Source: Macrostomum lignano
Lineage: Eukaryota
DNA: 64,000 nt
Direction of reading: 5' to 3'
Assembly (NCBI GenBank): GCA_002269645.1
Contig: NIVC01002028.1
Location: 147,269-211,268 of the forward strand
Below are positions 26,861 through 39,982 of the stretch, one piece after another; the stretch's first letter is position 1; each line of letters begins with the position of its first letter. The translations under genes were made by a program, and so were the position numbers. The notes below the pieces were generated by a model that saw only the letters and a program-made list of their open reading frames with translations, was not told the origin of the DNA and made no database searches.

Positions 26861-27261
26861 TTGAATCAGACTAAACCAGAGTTTAAATCATGGCTAAACC
26901 AGAGTCTGAATCATGGCTAAACCAGAGTTTAAATCATGGCTAAACCAGAGTCTGAATCATGGCTAAAACCAGTGTTTGAATCATGGCTAAACCAGAGTCT
27001 GAATCATGGCTAAACCAGAGTCTGAATCATGGCTAAACCAGAGTTTAAATCATGGCTAAACCAGAGTCTGAATCATGGCTAAAACCAGTGTTTGAATCAT
27101 GGCTAAACCAGAGTCTGAATCATGGCTAAAACCAGTGTTTGAATCATGGCTAAACCATTGTTTGAATCATGGCTAAACCAGAGTTTAAGTCATGGCTAAA
27201 CCATCGTTTGAATCATGACTAAACCAGAGTTTGAATCATGGCTAAACCAAAGTTTGAATCA
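26861..27261 (+). repeat. 21-22-bp minisatellite (GAATCATGGCTAAACCAGAGTYT), about 19 copies
   Basis: Direct tandem periodicity. Confidence 0.95.
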
Positions 27262-27890
27262 TTTTCCCGGGACGGTACATGCATATTGGCTAAGAAATTG
27301 CTCAATGTTAAAGGGATTAAATATTCGAAAAACATGATTTTTTGCAAAGGTCAAGCAGCTCTTTCGACCTGAAATGCATTGTAAGAATGCTAGAGAAAAA
27401 ACTGACTGACTGAATTCCGATTGTGATAAAGATTGCATCACAACAAGTTGAAAACAGTGCCGAACAAATGCACACAAAACTTGAATGAAATTGCGTAACC
27501 ATATTGCCAACTTAAATTGAGACTGATTCTGGCTGACTGAGAAATTGATTATGTCATAATTTTTTACTCCAATTGACTTGCTGTAAGAATTGAATTATAA
27601 GGGCCACAATTCATGTTCTCCAATTGAAAAGAGATAGCCAAGAAAGATGCGAACAGACTGGACTGCTACTGTAGATGATGGAATAGCCGATGTGTAGGCA
27701 CTAGGAATTGGTTATAGGCTCGGCTAGGGTTCGATTCTGCACTGCGTCAAATTTATAGGCTCGGCTAGGGTTCGATTCTGCACTGCGTCAAATTTCAGCC
27801 AGTAGTGATTGAAGATTATTTAAATTTATTTTTTTCATTCACTTCGTAAATAAAATATTATCTGACTTTGAATCATTGCAAAAATAGAGC

Positions 27891-28605
27891 TTGAATCAGA
27901 CTAAACCAGAGTTTAAATCATGGCTAAACCAGAGTCTGAATCATGGCTAAACCAGAGTTTAAATCATGGCTAAACCAGAGTCTGAATCATGGCTAAAACC
28001 AGTGTTTGAATCATGGCTAAACCAGAGTCTGAATCATGGCTAAACCAGAGTCTGAATCATGGCTAAACCAGAGTTTAAATCATGGCTAAACCAGAGTCTG
28101 AATCATGGCTAAAACCAGTGTTTGAATCATGGCTAAACCAGAGTCTGAATCATGGCTAAAACCAGTGTTTGAATCATGGCTAAACCAGAGTTTGAATCAT
28201 GGCTAAACCAGAGTCTGAATCATGGCTAAACCAGAGTCTGAATCATGGCTAAACCAGAGTTTAAATCATGGCTAAACCAGAGTCTGAATCATGGCTAAAA
28301 CCAGTGTTTGAATCATGGCTAAACCAGAGTCTGAATCATGGCTAAACCAGAGTCTGAATCATGGCTAAAACCAGTGTTTGAATCATGGCTAAACCATTGT
28401 TTGAATCATGGCTAAACCAGAGTTTAAGTCATGGCTAAACCATCGTTTGAATCATGACTAAACCAGAGTTTGAATCATGGCTAAACCAAAGTTTGAATCA
28501 TGGCAAAACCAGAGTTTGAATCATGGCTAAACGAGAGTCTGACTCATGGCTAAACCAGAGTTTGAATCATGGCTAAACCAGAGTTTGAATCATTGCAAAA
28601 CCAGT
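27891..28605 (+). repeat. Same 21-22-bp minisatellite, about 33 copies
   Basis: Expanded copy in the second duplicated unit. Confidence 0.95.
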
Positions 28606-29076
28606 TTTGTTAAAAGTGATACTGATTATCACTGATATTGATGATATCACTGATATCAGTGATACTGGTAACTCTGATAAGAATTTCACTATGTCAAAAG
28701 TACATAGCTGTATCAACCCCACTGGCGAGACAGTCATAAATAGATTACATTCACAGTTTTTTTCACTGGCTGGCGCAGACCAGTGTACATTGTGAGCCCT
28801 CTGCCCCGGAATTTGGACACACGGGCCTGGAGAGCCCACACCCCAAATCATAGGTTTTTTAGATTTAGACCCCTTTCTTCTTTATCGATTTTTCAGTTTC
28901 TACCCTGCGTCTTAAGATAAGCTCCAATTCAGCCCACTGGATGATAAATAGCCTGTAATAGTTTGGCTCAAGGGCACCTTATCTGATTCTTCAGACATCC
29001 AAATTCACAAACTTTCATCTTTCAAACCATATCATTCTTTCTGAACTAATTTCATTTCACTTCTCATTTCTCAATC

Positions 29077-32000
29077 ATGGTTCGACGCGGCGCCAGCAGT
29101 TTAAAGAAGAGCCGCGATGCCAAGCGACGGCGACAGGCAGAATCCGAGGCAGAGCGGGATGCCCGACTGGAAGAACAGCGGCAGCGGGATGCTCAGCGCA
29201 GACATGCTGAGACTGAGGCAGAGCGGGATGCCCGACTGGAAGAACAGCGGCAGCGGGATGCTCAGCGCAGACATGCTGAGACTGAGGCAGAGCGAGCTGC
29301 CCGACTGGAAGAACAGCGGCAGCGGAATGCTCAGCGCAGAGATGCTGAGACTGAGGCAGAGTGGGCTGCCCGACTGGAAGAACAGCGGCAGCGGGACGCT
29401 CAGCGCAGAGAGGCTGAGACTGAGGCAGAGTGGGCTGCCCGACTGGAAGCCGATCGGATTCGTTGCCGTGGAGCTGTGGTTTCTAGGTGAGTTGTATAGT
29501 AACTTTTTATAACAAGTCTTTATTTTTGTTTTTTCTGAATTGCCTTGAAGGGGATAATTTGTAGTATCTATTTTATTCTGTATAAATTAAGCGGATAACG
29601 ATTTTTGAGGAATGAATTGTCTTAAAAAGCCAATTAAGGCTGCTGTGCTTACGTTCACCCATTGCCCCTTAGGTCGGACACCCAGCAGCAAGGTACAGAA
29701 ACTATAGTACCCTTTGAGCAGTTGCAGGTAATCCCCATTGTTGGTGATGGCAATTGCTTTTTTTATGCTGTGTGTGATCAGCTGCGTGGAACCCCGCTGG
29801 AAACTGACGCAGCCTCCCTGCGGCAGGACTTGTCTTGCCGTGTTGCAGAACTCATGCCACAGCTGATTGCAGATGGCCTCATTGCACCTGAGAGTGCTGA
29901 TGAGATCGTGAATTCCTCTTTTCAAGCAGGAATTTATGTTTCAGATGAAGTTGCCTCTTTGTTGAGCCGCTGCTTTGATGTGGATCTGGTCATTTACCAG
30001 GCCAATGGTAGTGTGATGCAATATTTCAGGGCTAATTTGCGCCCTCCTAATGCCATTGTGCGTGTGCTTTTGCGCCATGAACATTACGAGTCACTGAGAC
30101 TTCGAGAGCTTTTGCAAGCCTTTACAGATGCTGAGTTCCCAAGCCTGGCAGCAAGCAGAACTCCTGCCAAGAGGGCCAAAAAGGCCAAGGGCCCCAGCGC
30201 GATGCCGGCGGAACATGAGACTGCGGGCCGCGCTGAAGACGGACCCGCTACTGCAAGGTAAACTGACACACAATGAACAGTTACATTTACATTTAACAGT
30301 TACTAAGAGATACATTCCATTTTTATTATCAGGCCTGAGACGATGGCGAGGCCAGAAGCTCCAGCCTATGACTGCGGGCCAATGGACTGGGCATGCAACC
30401 ATTGCGGTGCCAAGCTGTTCCGCATGGAGACAGGCAATTTCTGCTGTGCTGGCGGCAAGGTGAAGCTGCCCACCCGGACTGTGCCACAGCTGCTGGCTGA
30501 CCTGTACATGGGCCGGCATGGCATGAGCTCAGAGTTCCTGACCAACATCCGGAGCTACAACTCTGTGCTGCACCTGACCTCGCTGAGTGCCAAGCCGCGG
30601 TTGGTGCCAGGCTGGAATCCCAGCTACATCATCAGCGGTCAGCTGCACCACACTGCTATGCCGCTGTTTGCTGAAGCGTCTGCTGTTCCTCGCGGCTGGC
30701 AGGTGTACTTCACTGACCGCGAACTCGAAAGCCAGCAGAGTCTGAGCGATAGGGTGAAGCCAGAGCTACATGAGCTGCTACAGACGTTGCTTCACGAGTG
30801 CAACCTTTACGTTCGGAGCCTGAAGGCTGCAGCACAGCGGATCATGGAGGATCCGGAGCTTGTGGATGCGCGAATCGTGATTCACCCGGACCGAAGACCT
30901 TCTGGGGAACACATTCGGTGAGCTAACAATAACTGAAAAGGGATTCGAACACATTTTAAAACCTGTCTTTTAAAGCTTTGTGCCTGTGTACACAGGAATG
31001 TTTACCGTTGTAAAGAGTTTTGTTAAAAGCATTTGTTACTACCGTTCAAAATCAGGCGCTACAATTTGCCCACGGCAAACGAGGTTGGCATCCTCATTGT
31101 TAAGGACACTGAGGACACTGAGGCCCCTGAAGACGGTGATGAGCCAGCAACTAGCCGAGATGTTGTCATTCAACTGCGGGGTGGCGGCTACAAGAGGATT
31201 AGCAAAACGCACCGATCGTATGATGCACTGGAGTACGTGTTGCTGTTCCCCCATGGCGAGGACGGCTGGCACCCGGAGCTGCGCATGAGCAATGGCCGCA
31301 AGCTGACGCCGATGAAGTACTATGCCAGCGAAATCATGGTGCGAGCGGGCCATAGCAGCCTGCTGCACCACGGACGGCGGCTGTTCCAGCAGTACCTGGT
31401 GGACATGTGCGCCAAGATTGAGTCAGAGAGGCTGCTCTATCTGCGGACCCATCAGAGCGATCTGCGCAGTGAGACGTACAGCGGTCTGCGAGACGCTCTA
31501 TTCGCTGCTGATGGCAGGTCGACCGACACAAATCCGACTGATATTGGCAAGCCTGCGCACGTGTTCCTGTCCTCCAGCTTCGTTGGCGGGCCAAGGTACC
31601 TGATGGAGAGGCTGCAAGACGCCATGACCTATGTACAAAAGTTTGGCAAGCCGGACCTGTTTGTCACGGCGACGTGCAACCCTAAGTGGCCGGAAATCAG
31701 TGCACAGCTGCTGCCTGGACAGCGACCTGAGGACCGGCCGGATATTGTCACGCGTGTTTTCGAGCTGAAGAAGAAGGCTCTGCTTGCCGAGCTGAGGAAG
31801 CGCTTTGGAAAGGAGGCCGCGCATGTTTGCTCTCTGGAATATCAGAAGCGCGGTAAGTTAGCAAATTGCGCTTTCAATTTTCATTCTGTAATTGCATTCC
31901 AGGTTTAGCAATCCATATTTTTATGCAAGGGGTCATTGCAAACCGGAATTAAGCTCTGGTTTAGCCATGATTCAAACTCCAGTTTCTCCATGATTCAAAC

Positions 32001-35000
32001 TCCGCTTTCTCTACGATGCAAACGCTGGTTTAGAATTTTAATTAATTTACATGACTAAATTGTGATCACTCATACGTCGCTTTGAATCACTTGTTTATGT
32101 CTTCCACAGGTCTCCCCCATGTGCACTTTCTGCTCTGGCTGGTCAGTGGACAGAGAGTGACTCCGGACCGCTACGACAAAATCGTGTCCGCTGAGATCCC
32201 GGACCCACAGCAGCAGCCGAGGCTGCACGAGCTGGTGAAGACTCACATGATCCATGGCCCCTGCGGCGTGGTAAATCCAGCCTGCCCGTGCATGGTGGAC
32301 GGCCAGTGCAGCAAGGGCTTCCCGAAGGAGTTCCAGCAGGCGACCCTAACCAGCGATACTGGCTACCCATTGTATCGCAGGCTGTCCCCTGAGATGGGCG
32401 GATTTACGGTGGACAAACTATTCAAAGGCCGCAGCATTCGCATGGACAACAGGTGAGTGAGGAGGTGTTGGTGTTTTTTCAGACTTGATTGAAAGGTTGA
32501 TTCTTTAATACGAAAGCAAAGTACTTAGTTTAGCCTTGTGTTTAGTTTATTTATATTGCTAAATTGTTTATTTACTGTAAGTTTAATTTACCATTGCTAG
32601 AATACATAAATCATTAATTAGCAATTCTTTTCCTGGCACAAATACAGGTCGGTTGTACCATACAACCCGGGCCTGCTGCTCCTTTTCGAATGCCACATGA
32701 ACTTTGAAGTTTGTGCCACCGTCAAGTCGGTCAAGTACGTGATCAAGTACTTGCTAAAAGGCGGCGACATGGCGTCGTTCAAGTTCGAGGCAAACAAGAA
32801 GCCGAGCGGGCCAGGAGAGCAGGCTGCGGATGGCGAACGACAGGAAGGTTCAGCTAGCAAGGCTCCGACTCAAGCCAAGAAGGAGGGGCGAAATGAGATC
32901 AAGGAGTATCTGCTGGCGCGCTACATAGGCCCAATGGAAGCCGTGAATACCATCTTGGGCTTTGAAGTAAGTCATAGATGTTTGCAAGGCAGTGCTAGGA
33001 GCAAAGAATGGGAAAATAATGATATGGTTTTTAAACTAAAACACAACAGGTGCACAACAGATTTCCGGCTGTGATCCGATTGTGCGTGCACAAGTCTAAC
33101 GAGCAGCTCGTGTATTTCAACGAGCAAAATGCGAGCACAAAGGCCAGGGCGCCCAGAGATTCGACGCTGACGGCTTTCTTCAAGCTGTGCCGCACTGATG
33201 AATTCGCTAGAGGCCTGGTGTACACCGAGGTGCCGTCCTACTTCGTGTGGCACCACAGCGAGAGGGAGTGGCGCCGCGCCAAGAAGGGTTCGAGAGTTGA
33301 GGGCCACCCTGGTGTTGTGCACAACACGAACATTGCCCGAATGTACACGGTGAGTCCGAGAGCAGGGGATCTGTTTTATATGCGAATGCTCCTCCTGCAG
33401 GTTAGAGGGCCAACCAGCTTCGAGGCGCTGCACACTGTGGACGGAGTGCTGTGTCCCAGCGCCAAGGCTGCTTGCACGGCCCTGGGTCTGCTGCAACGAG
33501 ACGACCACTGGCGGCGCTGCCTAGCCGAGGCAGTCCAGTCGCGAATGCCGAGAGCTCTCAGGCACCTGCTGGCTGTCATTCTGATTTGGGGCAACCCTGA
33601 GGATGGCAGCGATCTGTGGTGCACATTCGCCGAGGATCTGTGCGAGGACCTGCGGTTTCACCACCGAGATCTGAGCGCTGAGGAAATCACCGACCTGGCG
33701 CTGCGCGAGCTGCAGAGCATGCTGACCTCCATGGGCGGTCACAGCCTGCCCGAGTACGGCTTGCCTGCGGCTCCGTGCCGCCTCAAGTCGGACCGATGCA
33801 GTTCGACCCGGTTGAACAGGCCGAGATCCGGGAAGCGAGACTGTCAATGCTGACGGAGGAGCAGATTGCGGTGTACGAGTCGGTGACTGCGGATCTTGTG
33901 GCCGGCTCGGGCGGTTTGCACTTCCTGGACGCGCCCGCTGGCACTGGCAGGACCTTCCTGCTGGAGGTTTTGCTGGCCTTTGTGCGCAGCCGCGGTGAAC
34001 TCGCCCTGGCAGTTGCGGCGTCTGGAATCGCAGCGACTCTGCTGCCAGGCGGACAGACTGCGCATTCCACGTAATTTTTTAGATTAGGGGAATGCTTCTG
34101 AATTTTAGAGTCGCGTTTCTAATCAATTCTACCTATGACAACTTCACTCTAGGTTCAAGATCCCAGTCCGGCTGCTCCGATCCAACAAGGATGTCTGCGC
34201 TGTTGGCGCGCAGTCCAAGCAAGCGGAAGTGTTTCGTAGAGTTCGGCTGATTGTCTGGGACGAGATCTCCATGACCAATCGAAAGGATCTGGAATCCGTG
34301 GACAGGTGTCTGCGAGACGTTCGGAAGCAGGACAAGCCATTTGGAGGAGTCACTCTGGTGTGTTCCGGTGACTTCCGCCAGCTCCTGCCTGTCGTAGTGA
34401 ATGGAACCCGCGCCAACAGCGTCATGGCGTGTGTCTGCAGATCTTCGCTGTGGAAACTTTTCAAGCGACATCGCTTGACGAGAAACATTCGTCTGCTGTG
34501 CAGCTCCGAGCCAGCGATGTACCAGAAGTTCACGGAGCTACTCATGCAGGTGAGAATGGGTGTAAAAATCATTTTTTCTCGCGAATCATTGCGAATATTA
34601 TGTTTCATGTTTTTATTGCTTTTCTTTTCACAGATCGGAACCGGGACAATCGAGCAGGATGCTGAGGAGAAGGTGTCCCTTCCCGCTGAGATGGTGATTT
34701 CTGCAGAGGCTCCGCTGAATGACCTGATCAAGTTCGTGTACCCGTCGTTTGAAGAATCAGCGGAGCGGGACGACTATTTTGCAAGTCGAGCGATACTGGC
34801 GCCGTACAACGACTCTGTTGATGCCATCAACGAGACGTGTCTGGGCATTTTCCCGGGTTACCTGCGAGAGTATCGCTCTGTAGACAGCCTGGCTGATGAG
34901 GAGGCCGCTACGCATTTCCCGACGGAGTTGCTAAACCAGCTGGATGCCCCGAATTTTCCAACTTATCTGCTCAGGATCAAGGTGGGCATGCCGCTGGTGC

Positions 35001-35398
35001 TTCTTCGGAATATCAACCCGCCGCGGCTGTGCAACGGTACACGGCTCATCGTTCTCACGATGGGCGATAATGTGCTGCGCTGCAAGATTGCCGCCGGTCA
35101 GTTCACTGGAGACGAGATCCTGCTGCCGCGAATTCCGCTGATTCCAAACAATGCGGATCTACCAGTGAGTTTCAAGCGGCTGCAGTTTCCGGTGAAGCCG
35201 AGCTTCTGCCTTACAATACACAAAGCACAAGGACAATCCCTGGAGACCGTTGGAGTTGACCTGGCTGTCGGTTGCTTCACTCATGGTCAGCTGTACACGG
35301 CGCTGTCACGGGCGAAGAACGCCGCGAATGTTCGCGTCCGGATCTGTGGCACCAAGACCAGAAACGTGGTGTATCCAGAAGTGCTCACTGGAGATTAG
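29077..35398 (+). CDS. Helitron transposase: STPR-like repeats, OTU protease, Zn finger, HUH Rep, Pif1-like SF1B helicase; 9 exons, about 1740 aa; one 1-bp frameshift
   Basis: Exons 29077-29486, 29673-30257, 30333-30917, 31056-31852, 32110-32452, 32648-32966, 33050-34070, 34153-34549 and 34634-35398, all GT-AG and phase-consistent. Motifs: GDGNC...HYES, PDLFVTATCNPKWPEI, EYQKRG|LPHVH, KYVIKY, DEISM, GDFRQLLP, TIHKAQGQS, HGQLYTALSR. The total of 5222 nt is one base short of a multiple of 3, with the shift near 33775. Confidence 0.93.
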
Positions 35399-35659
35399 GC
35401 GATTTCCAGGCGTCATTAAAGTGAGTATTACTTGTGTCATTTTGTCTGTGAGTGTCGCATTGGTATCTGTGTTTAATAGTGATCACAAGTAGTTTATCCT
35501 GATATGTAAATGGCCCGCTGAGACATATCAGGCAAATCCTGCTTTATTCACCTAATAAATTCAAATTAGATGGGATCATAATGGAATTGAGATCAGGGAT
35601 TACCTAGGCAAAAAGAATTAGCTAAATTGGGTTCATTGCATAACAGAACTGAGCATAAC

Positions 35660-36910
35660 AGATCCCAATCCTAAATTCATAGAATCTCTTAGATCCCAAT
35701 GCTAAATTCATAGAATCTCTTAGATCCCAATCCTAAATTCACAGAATCTCTTAGATCCCAATGCTAAATTCACAGAATCTCTTAGATTCCAATCCTAAAT
35801 TCATAGAATCTCTTGAATCCCAATCCTAAATTCACAGAATCTCTTAGATCCCAATCCTAAATTCATAGAATCTCTTATATCCCAATCCTAAATTCACAGA
35901 ATCTCTTAGATCCCAATCCTAAATTCACAGAATCTCTTAGATCCCAATCCTAAATTCATAGAATCTCTTAGATCCCAATCCTAAATTCACAGAATCTCTT
36001 AGATCCCAATCCTAAATTCATAGAATCTCTTATATCCCAATCCTAAATTCATAGAATCTCTTAGATCCCAATCCTAATCTCATAGAATCTCTTAGATCCC
36101 AATCCTAATCTCATAGAATCTCTTAGATCCCAATCCTAAATTCATTGAATCTCTTAGATCCCAATCCTAAATTCACAGAATCTCTTAGATCCCAATCCTA
36201 AATTCACAGAATCTCTTAGATCCCAATCCTAAATTCACAGAATCTCTTATATCCCAATCCTAAATTCATTGAATCTCTTAGATCCCAATCCTAATCTCAT
36301 TGAATCTCTTAGATCCCAATCCTAAATTCATAGAATCTCTTAGATCCCAATCCTAAATTCACAGAGTCTCTTAGATCCCAATCCTAAATTCATGGGATCT
36401 CTTAGATCCCAATCCTAAATTCATAGAATCTCTTAGATCCCAATCCTAAATTCATGGGATCTCTTAGATCACAATCCTAAATTCACAGAATCTCTTAGAT
36501 CCCAATCCTAAATTCATAGAATCTCTTAGATCCCAATGCTAAATTCTTAGAATCTCTTAGATCCCAATCCTAAATTCACAGAATCTCTTAGATCCCAATG
36601 CTAAATTCAGAGAATCTCTTAGATCCCAATCCTAAATTCATAGAATCTCTTATATCCCAATCCTAAATTCTTAGAATCTCTTAGATCTCAATCCTAAATT
36701 CACAGAATCTCTTAGATCCCAATCCTAAATTCACAGAATCTCTTAGATCCCAATGCTAAATTCACAGAATCTATTAGATTCCAATCCTAAATTCATAGAA
36801 TCTCTTAAATCCCAATCCTAAATTCATAGAATCTCTTAGATCCCAATCCTAAATTCATAGAATCTCTTAGATCCCAATCCTAAATTCACAGAATCTTATA
36901 TATCAATCCT
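35660..36910 (+). repeat. 31-bp minisatellite (AGATCCCAATCCTAAATTCAYAGAATCTCTT), about 40 copies, inside the Helitron 3' region
   Basis: Direct tandem periodicity. Confidence 0.97.
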
Positions 36911-39800
36911 AGATCATTGCTTAGCCTAATTGGGTTCATTGCATAACAGAACTAAGATCATTGCTTAGCGTAATTGGGATCATTTGGCATAACTAAGTTA
37001 GGATCCTTGCATACTAAATTGGGATCAAGGCAAACCAGAATAGGATCGGATACAATCGGATCCCAATTTAGTTGTGCCATGAAAGTTAATAAGTAATAGT
37101 GAAATTAATGTAGGTAAATATTAGGTGAATATATAGCAGGTTGGCTGCATATCAATGGGCCTTGAGATTGTGGTTGAAATAACGTGTTCGCTGCTTTTTC
37201 ACGATTCAGAGGTTCTTCCACTCTAAAACTGAGGGTATGCAGCCATGAGAGAGAGGTTTGAAGCAGCTTCAGCAAACCTAGAGACTTGTGATAGCTAAGC
37301 TTTTTGTGTGACGTTGAGTGCGTGAACTTAACTTGCCCCAGTGAATGCCTCTGACCAGCAGTGCAGAGTAAAGCAAGCCAACAAGCAGTAGGATTGACAC
37401 CATTATTCTTGCAGTCAAATGCAATGAACTGTGCAATGATACTGTCTTGTTGGCGGAGCCTTCTGCAAGTGCATCATGTTTACTGTTTGTAGGTAATATT
37501 TTTAGGTGCAATGCAATTTTTTCTTTTTTCATTGAACTGAATCCCATTACTGTCCCATTACTGTCGTTTTCTGACATTACTCAGTAGTCACAACTTGTTT
37601 CTGTCGAAAAAATAATTTAACAAACGAAAGAGGAAAATCGCTGAATTCTCTACATTTGGAGTTTGTTTTCTTATAATGTCATAATGATATGTATTTGTAT
37701 AATAATAATTTTGCCAGATGCTCACTCAATTGTTGTTGTTTTGTTGTTTTCAATGTGTTTTGCAATTGAAGAAATACAAAAAATGTTTCAGTGGACAAAG
37801 ACCAGTCCCATGATTCATGAATCTGCACACCTGGTACCTGCCTTATTCTATTTTAAAAGATAAATTGTCAGGCATGCATTTATAATGAAGAATGATACAA
37901 AATGGATTACTAAGAAAAGAGGTCAGATGAGAAATAGGATCTGATCAGAACTGGAATCATTAAGAAAAAGAAAGGAGATTAGGGGCCTAGAAATTGATCC
38001 ATTGATATTTAATTAGCCATTGATATGAGCTAACCATTTTGAACTATCAAAATGGATCTAATTTGAAATAGACTTTAATGTCATATAGGATTTGATTCAA
38101 AATAAGATTTGACAATGTGAATGAGGCATATAAGAAAAGAGAAGTCTGCTGAGGAGTGTGACTAGAAAAGAAAGGGGGAATTTAGCATGATAATATATAT
38201 CATATATCATGCCTATATATAGCCAATGTTAGCTTTATTAAAAGTGTCAAACCAAAGGTCGAAGGATGTAGCTCCAGTTGCTTTTGCAAAGTCCATTCAC
38301 AATGAGATAGCTGCATTGAACTGACTCTTTAAGTCATTTATTATAATAAGAGGGGCCTCATTCAAGGGCAATAGTTGCAATGCTGAGCTACTTATTGTTC
38401 GGAACATTGCAGTCGCAGTTAGTACGATGAGCAGGGCTAAGAAATTCACTTACAAATGAAGAAAGTAAAAAATTTCTCGGGATGTGTATAAAACTGTAGT
38501 ACACATGAGCAATACAAGCAACAAGAAAATCGGAATAAAGCAAGTCATTTCTCGGAAAGTCGCAATTTCTTGGAATATTATTTAATTTATTTTCAGTAAC
38601 AACTAAAAAAGTGATCTCAACAGTTTTATAAACTAAATAAATAAAATAATTTTTATCAAACACGTTGACATATACAGGGCTCTAAACTAAAAAACTGTAA
38701 AAAGTTGATAGTTTTGTTTTACCTAAAATGCGTTATTAACGATCTCCAAAAATTCCTATTTTAAGCTTAAGCTTAAGAAAGACACTTAAAGTACTCCTGC
38801 TAAAAGGTATATTATATTAGACGAATATTAATTATTTCTGCTCCCCGAAGGGGGGCAAAACTTTAGCTAGTCCTTATACTAAAACTGACGCGATGTTTGT
38901 CTGTCTGTCTGTCTGTATGTAGCAAGTGAACTCCTACAATTCTGCCAAGTCAGCGTTGAAACTTATATGGGAAAACTGCAAATTTTCCGGAGCAGGCTTT
39001 AGGCTATTTTAATTTTTAATTTTCCAATTTTAACATCCCTAAAAAAGCAGAAAACTGCTTTTTTAACCCCCAATAACCTTCTTTGGCCACTCTGCCTGGG
39101 GCTGCAGCCAGTTTGTAAAAATAGCCACCCCAACCTCCGCCCGCGGGCCGCTGTGTATTGAGGGGTGGTGGGTGCGAGTGGAAATAAAACCCCCCGCGTG
39201 TTGGGGGGGGGGTTGAGTTAAATTTAATGCTTCCCCCAGAACGGGGGGTTGGGCTTGGGCTGAGTGTACATAGCAGTTGTACAGTGTAGGGCTAAACAGA
39301 TAGATAGGAATCAGGACTGTGTCGAGATTCAATTGGTTTTATTATTGGCGCCTTTTTTTCTCCATAGGCATCCCTGTGTATTAGCTTAGCAGTGAAATTC
39401 AATGAATTGCGAGCTTCTCCAGCAAGCAGTCGGGAAATCGGTAAATTTCAAACGCTAACTGTTCCTCGAGTTTTAAACTTTGAGAGGAGAAACTTATATT
39501 GCTGGAAAGATCTTGCAACGCAGAGTTCGAGGATATAAGTTTTTTGCTTTATATATGAAAACTAAAAGCTTTTCATTGGGAAAATTATTCCCATACTTTT
39601 AACTTTTTGCAAAAATTGTAATCAGTTTTGCGAGACGTAATAGATAAAGTTGGGGGGAGGGTTCAACTTCTCACTGCTGCTGTGTATTGGAGGGTTGATT
39701 TAGATTGACTGACTGACTGTGAAATCAGTTGCGCAATGAATTGATTCAATTAGTTCAATATTTTTATCAGTGCCTTTTAACACGAAGCTGTGCGTAGTTC

Positions 39801-39835
39801 TAACCCTAACCCTAACCCTAACCCTAACCCTAACC
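39801..39835 (+). repeat. Interstitial telomeric repeat (TAACCC)5 plus TAACC
   Basis: Exact hexamer array; homologous copies at 42699-42727 and 46083-46117. Confidence 0.95.
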
Positions 39836-39982
39836 AATGAATCCGGAGAGTTCAGATGTTTAACGAAAAAAATTCGATTGAGTCCAGTTTAGCGGAGACG
39901 ATTTCAATGTTTTAATTTTGACGAAGAGGATTTCTGTTTCGTGGAGAGGATCTTGATGGATTTGGCATCTTCAATCAGTCAG

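Larger units (their letters stand above)
26231..28605 (+). repeat. 1030-bp-offset tandem duplication within the Helitron 5' region
   Basis: Sequence from 26231 (ATTTTCCCGGGACGG) recurs at 27261. Each copy holds a 41-bp doublet and a 21-bp array. Confidence 0.95.
26130..38870 (+). mobile_element. Autonomous-type Helitron (12.7 kb)
   Basis: 5' A|TC-TAATATACTAAA at 26130; 3' hairpin GCTCCCC-GAA-GGGGGGC then CTAG|T at 38867-38871; Rep/helicase gene on the same strand. Confidence 0.9.

Noticed and set aside
26695-27790. GGGTTCGATTC B-box-like motifs suggesting tRNA genes
   Set aside because: They lie in a 41-bp doublet with no A box or cloverleaf.
34550-34633. In-frame read-through segment in the 389-aa helicase ORF
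   Set aside because: It is AT-rich, bounded by GTGAGA and TTTCACAG, and interrupts the conserved LLxIGxG helicase motif, so it is treated as an 84-bp intron.
35399-38870. Helentron/Helitron2 classification or a captured host gene in the Helitron 3' region
   Set aside because: No APE endonuclease or subterminal inverted repeats were seen, the termini are TC...CTAG, and the short ORFs here lack recognisable motifs.
39801-39835. True chromosome end or telomere fusion
   Set aside because: There are only 4-6 units, embedded in the same context in three repeat copies.
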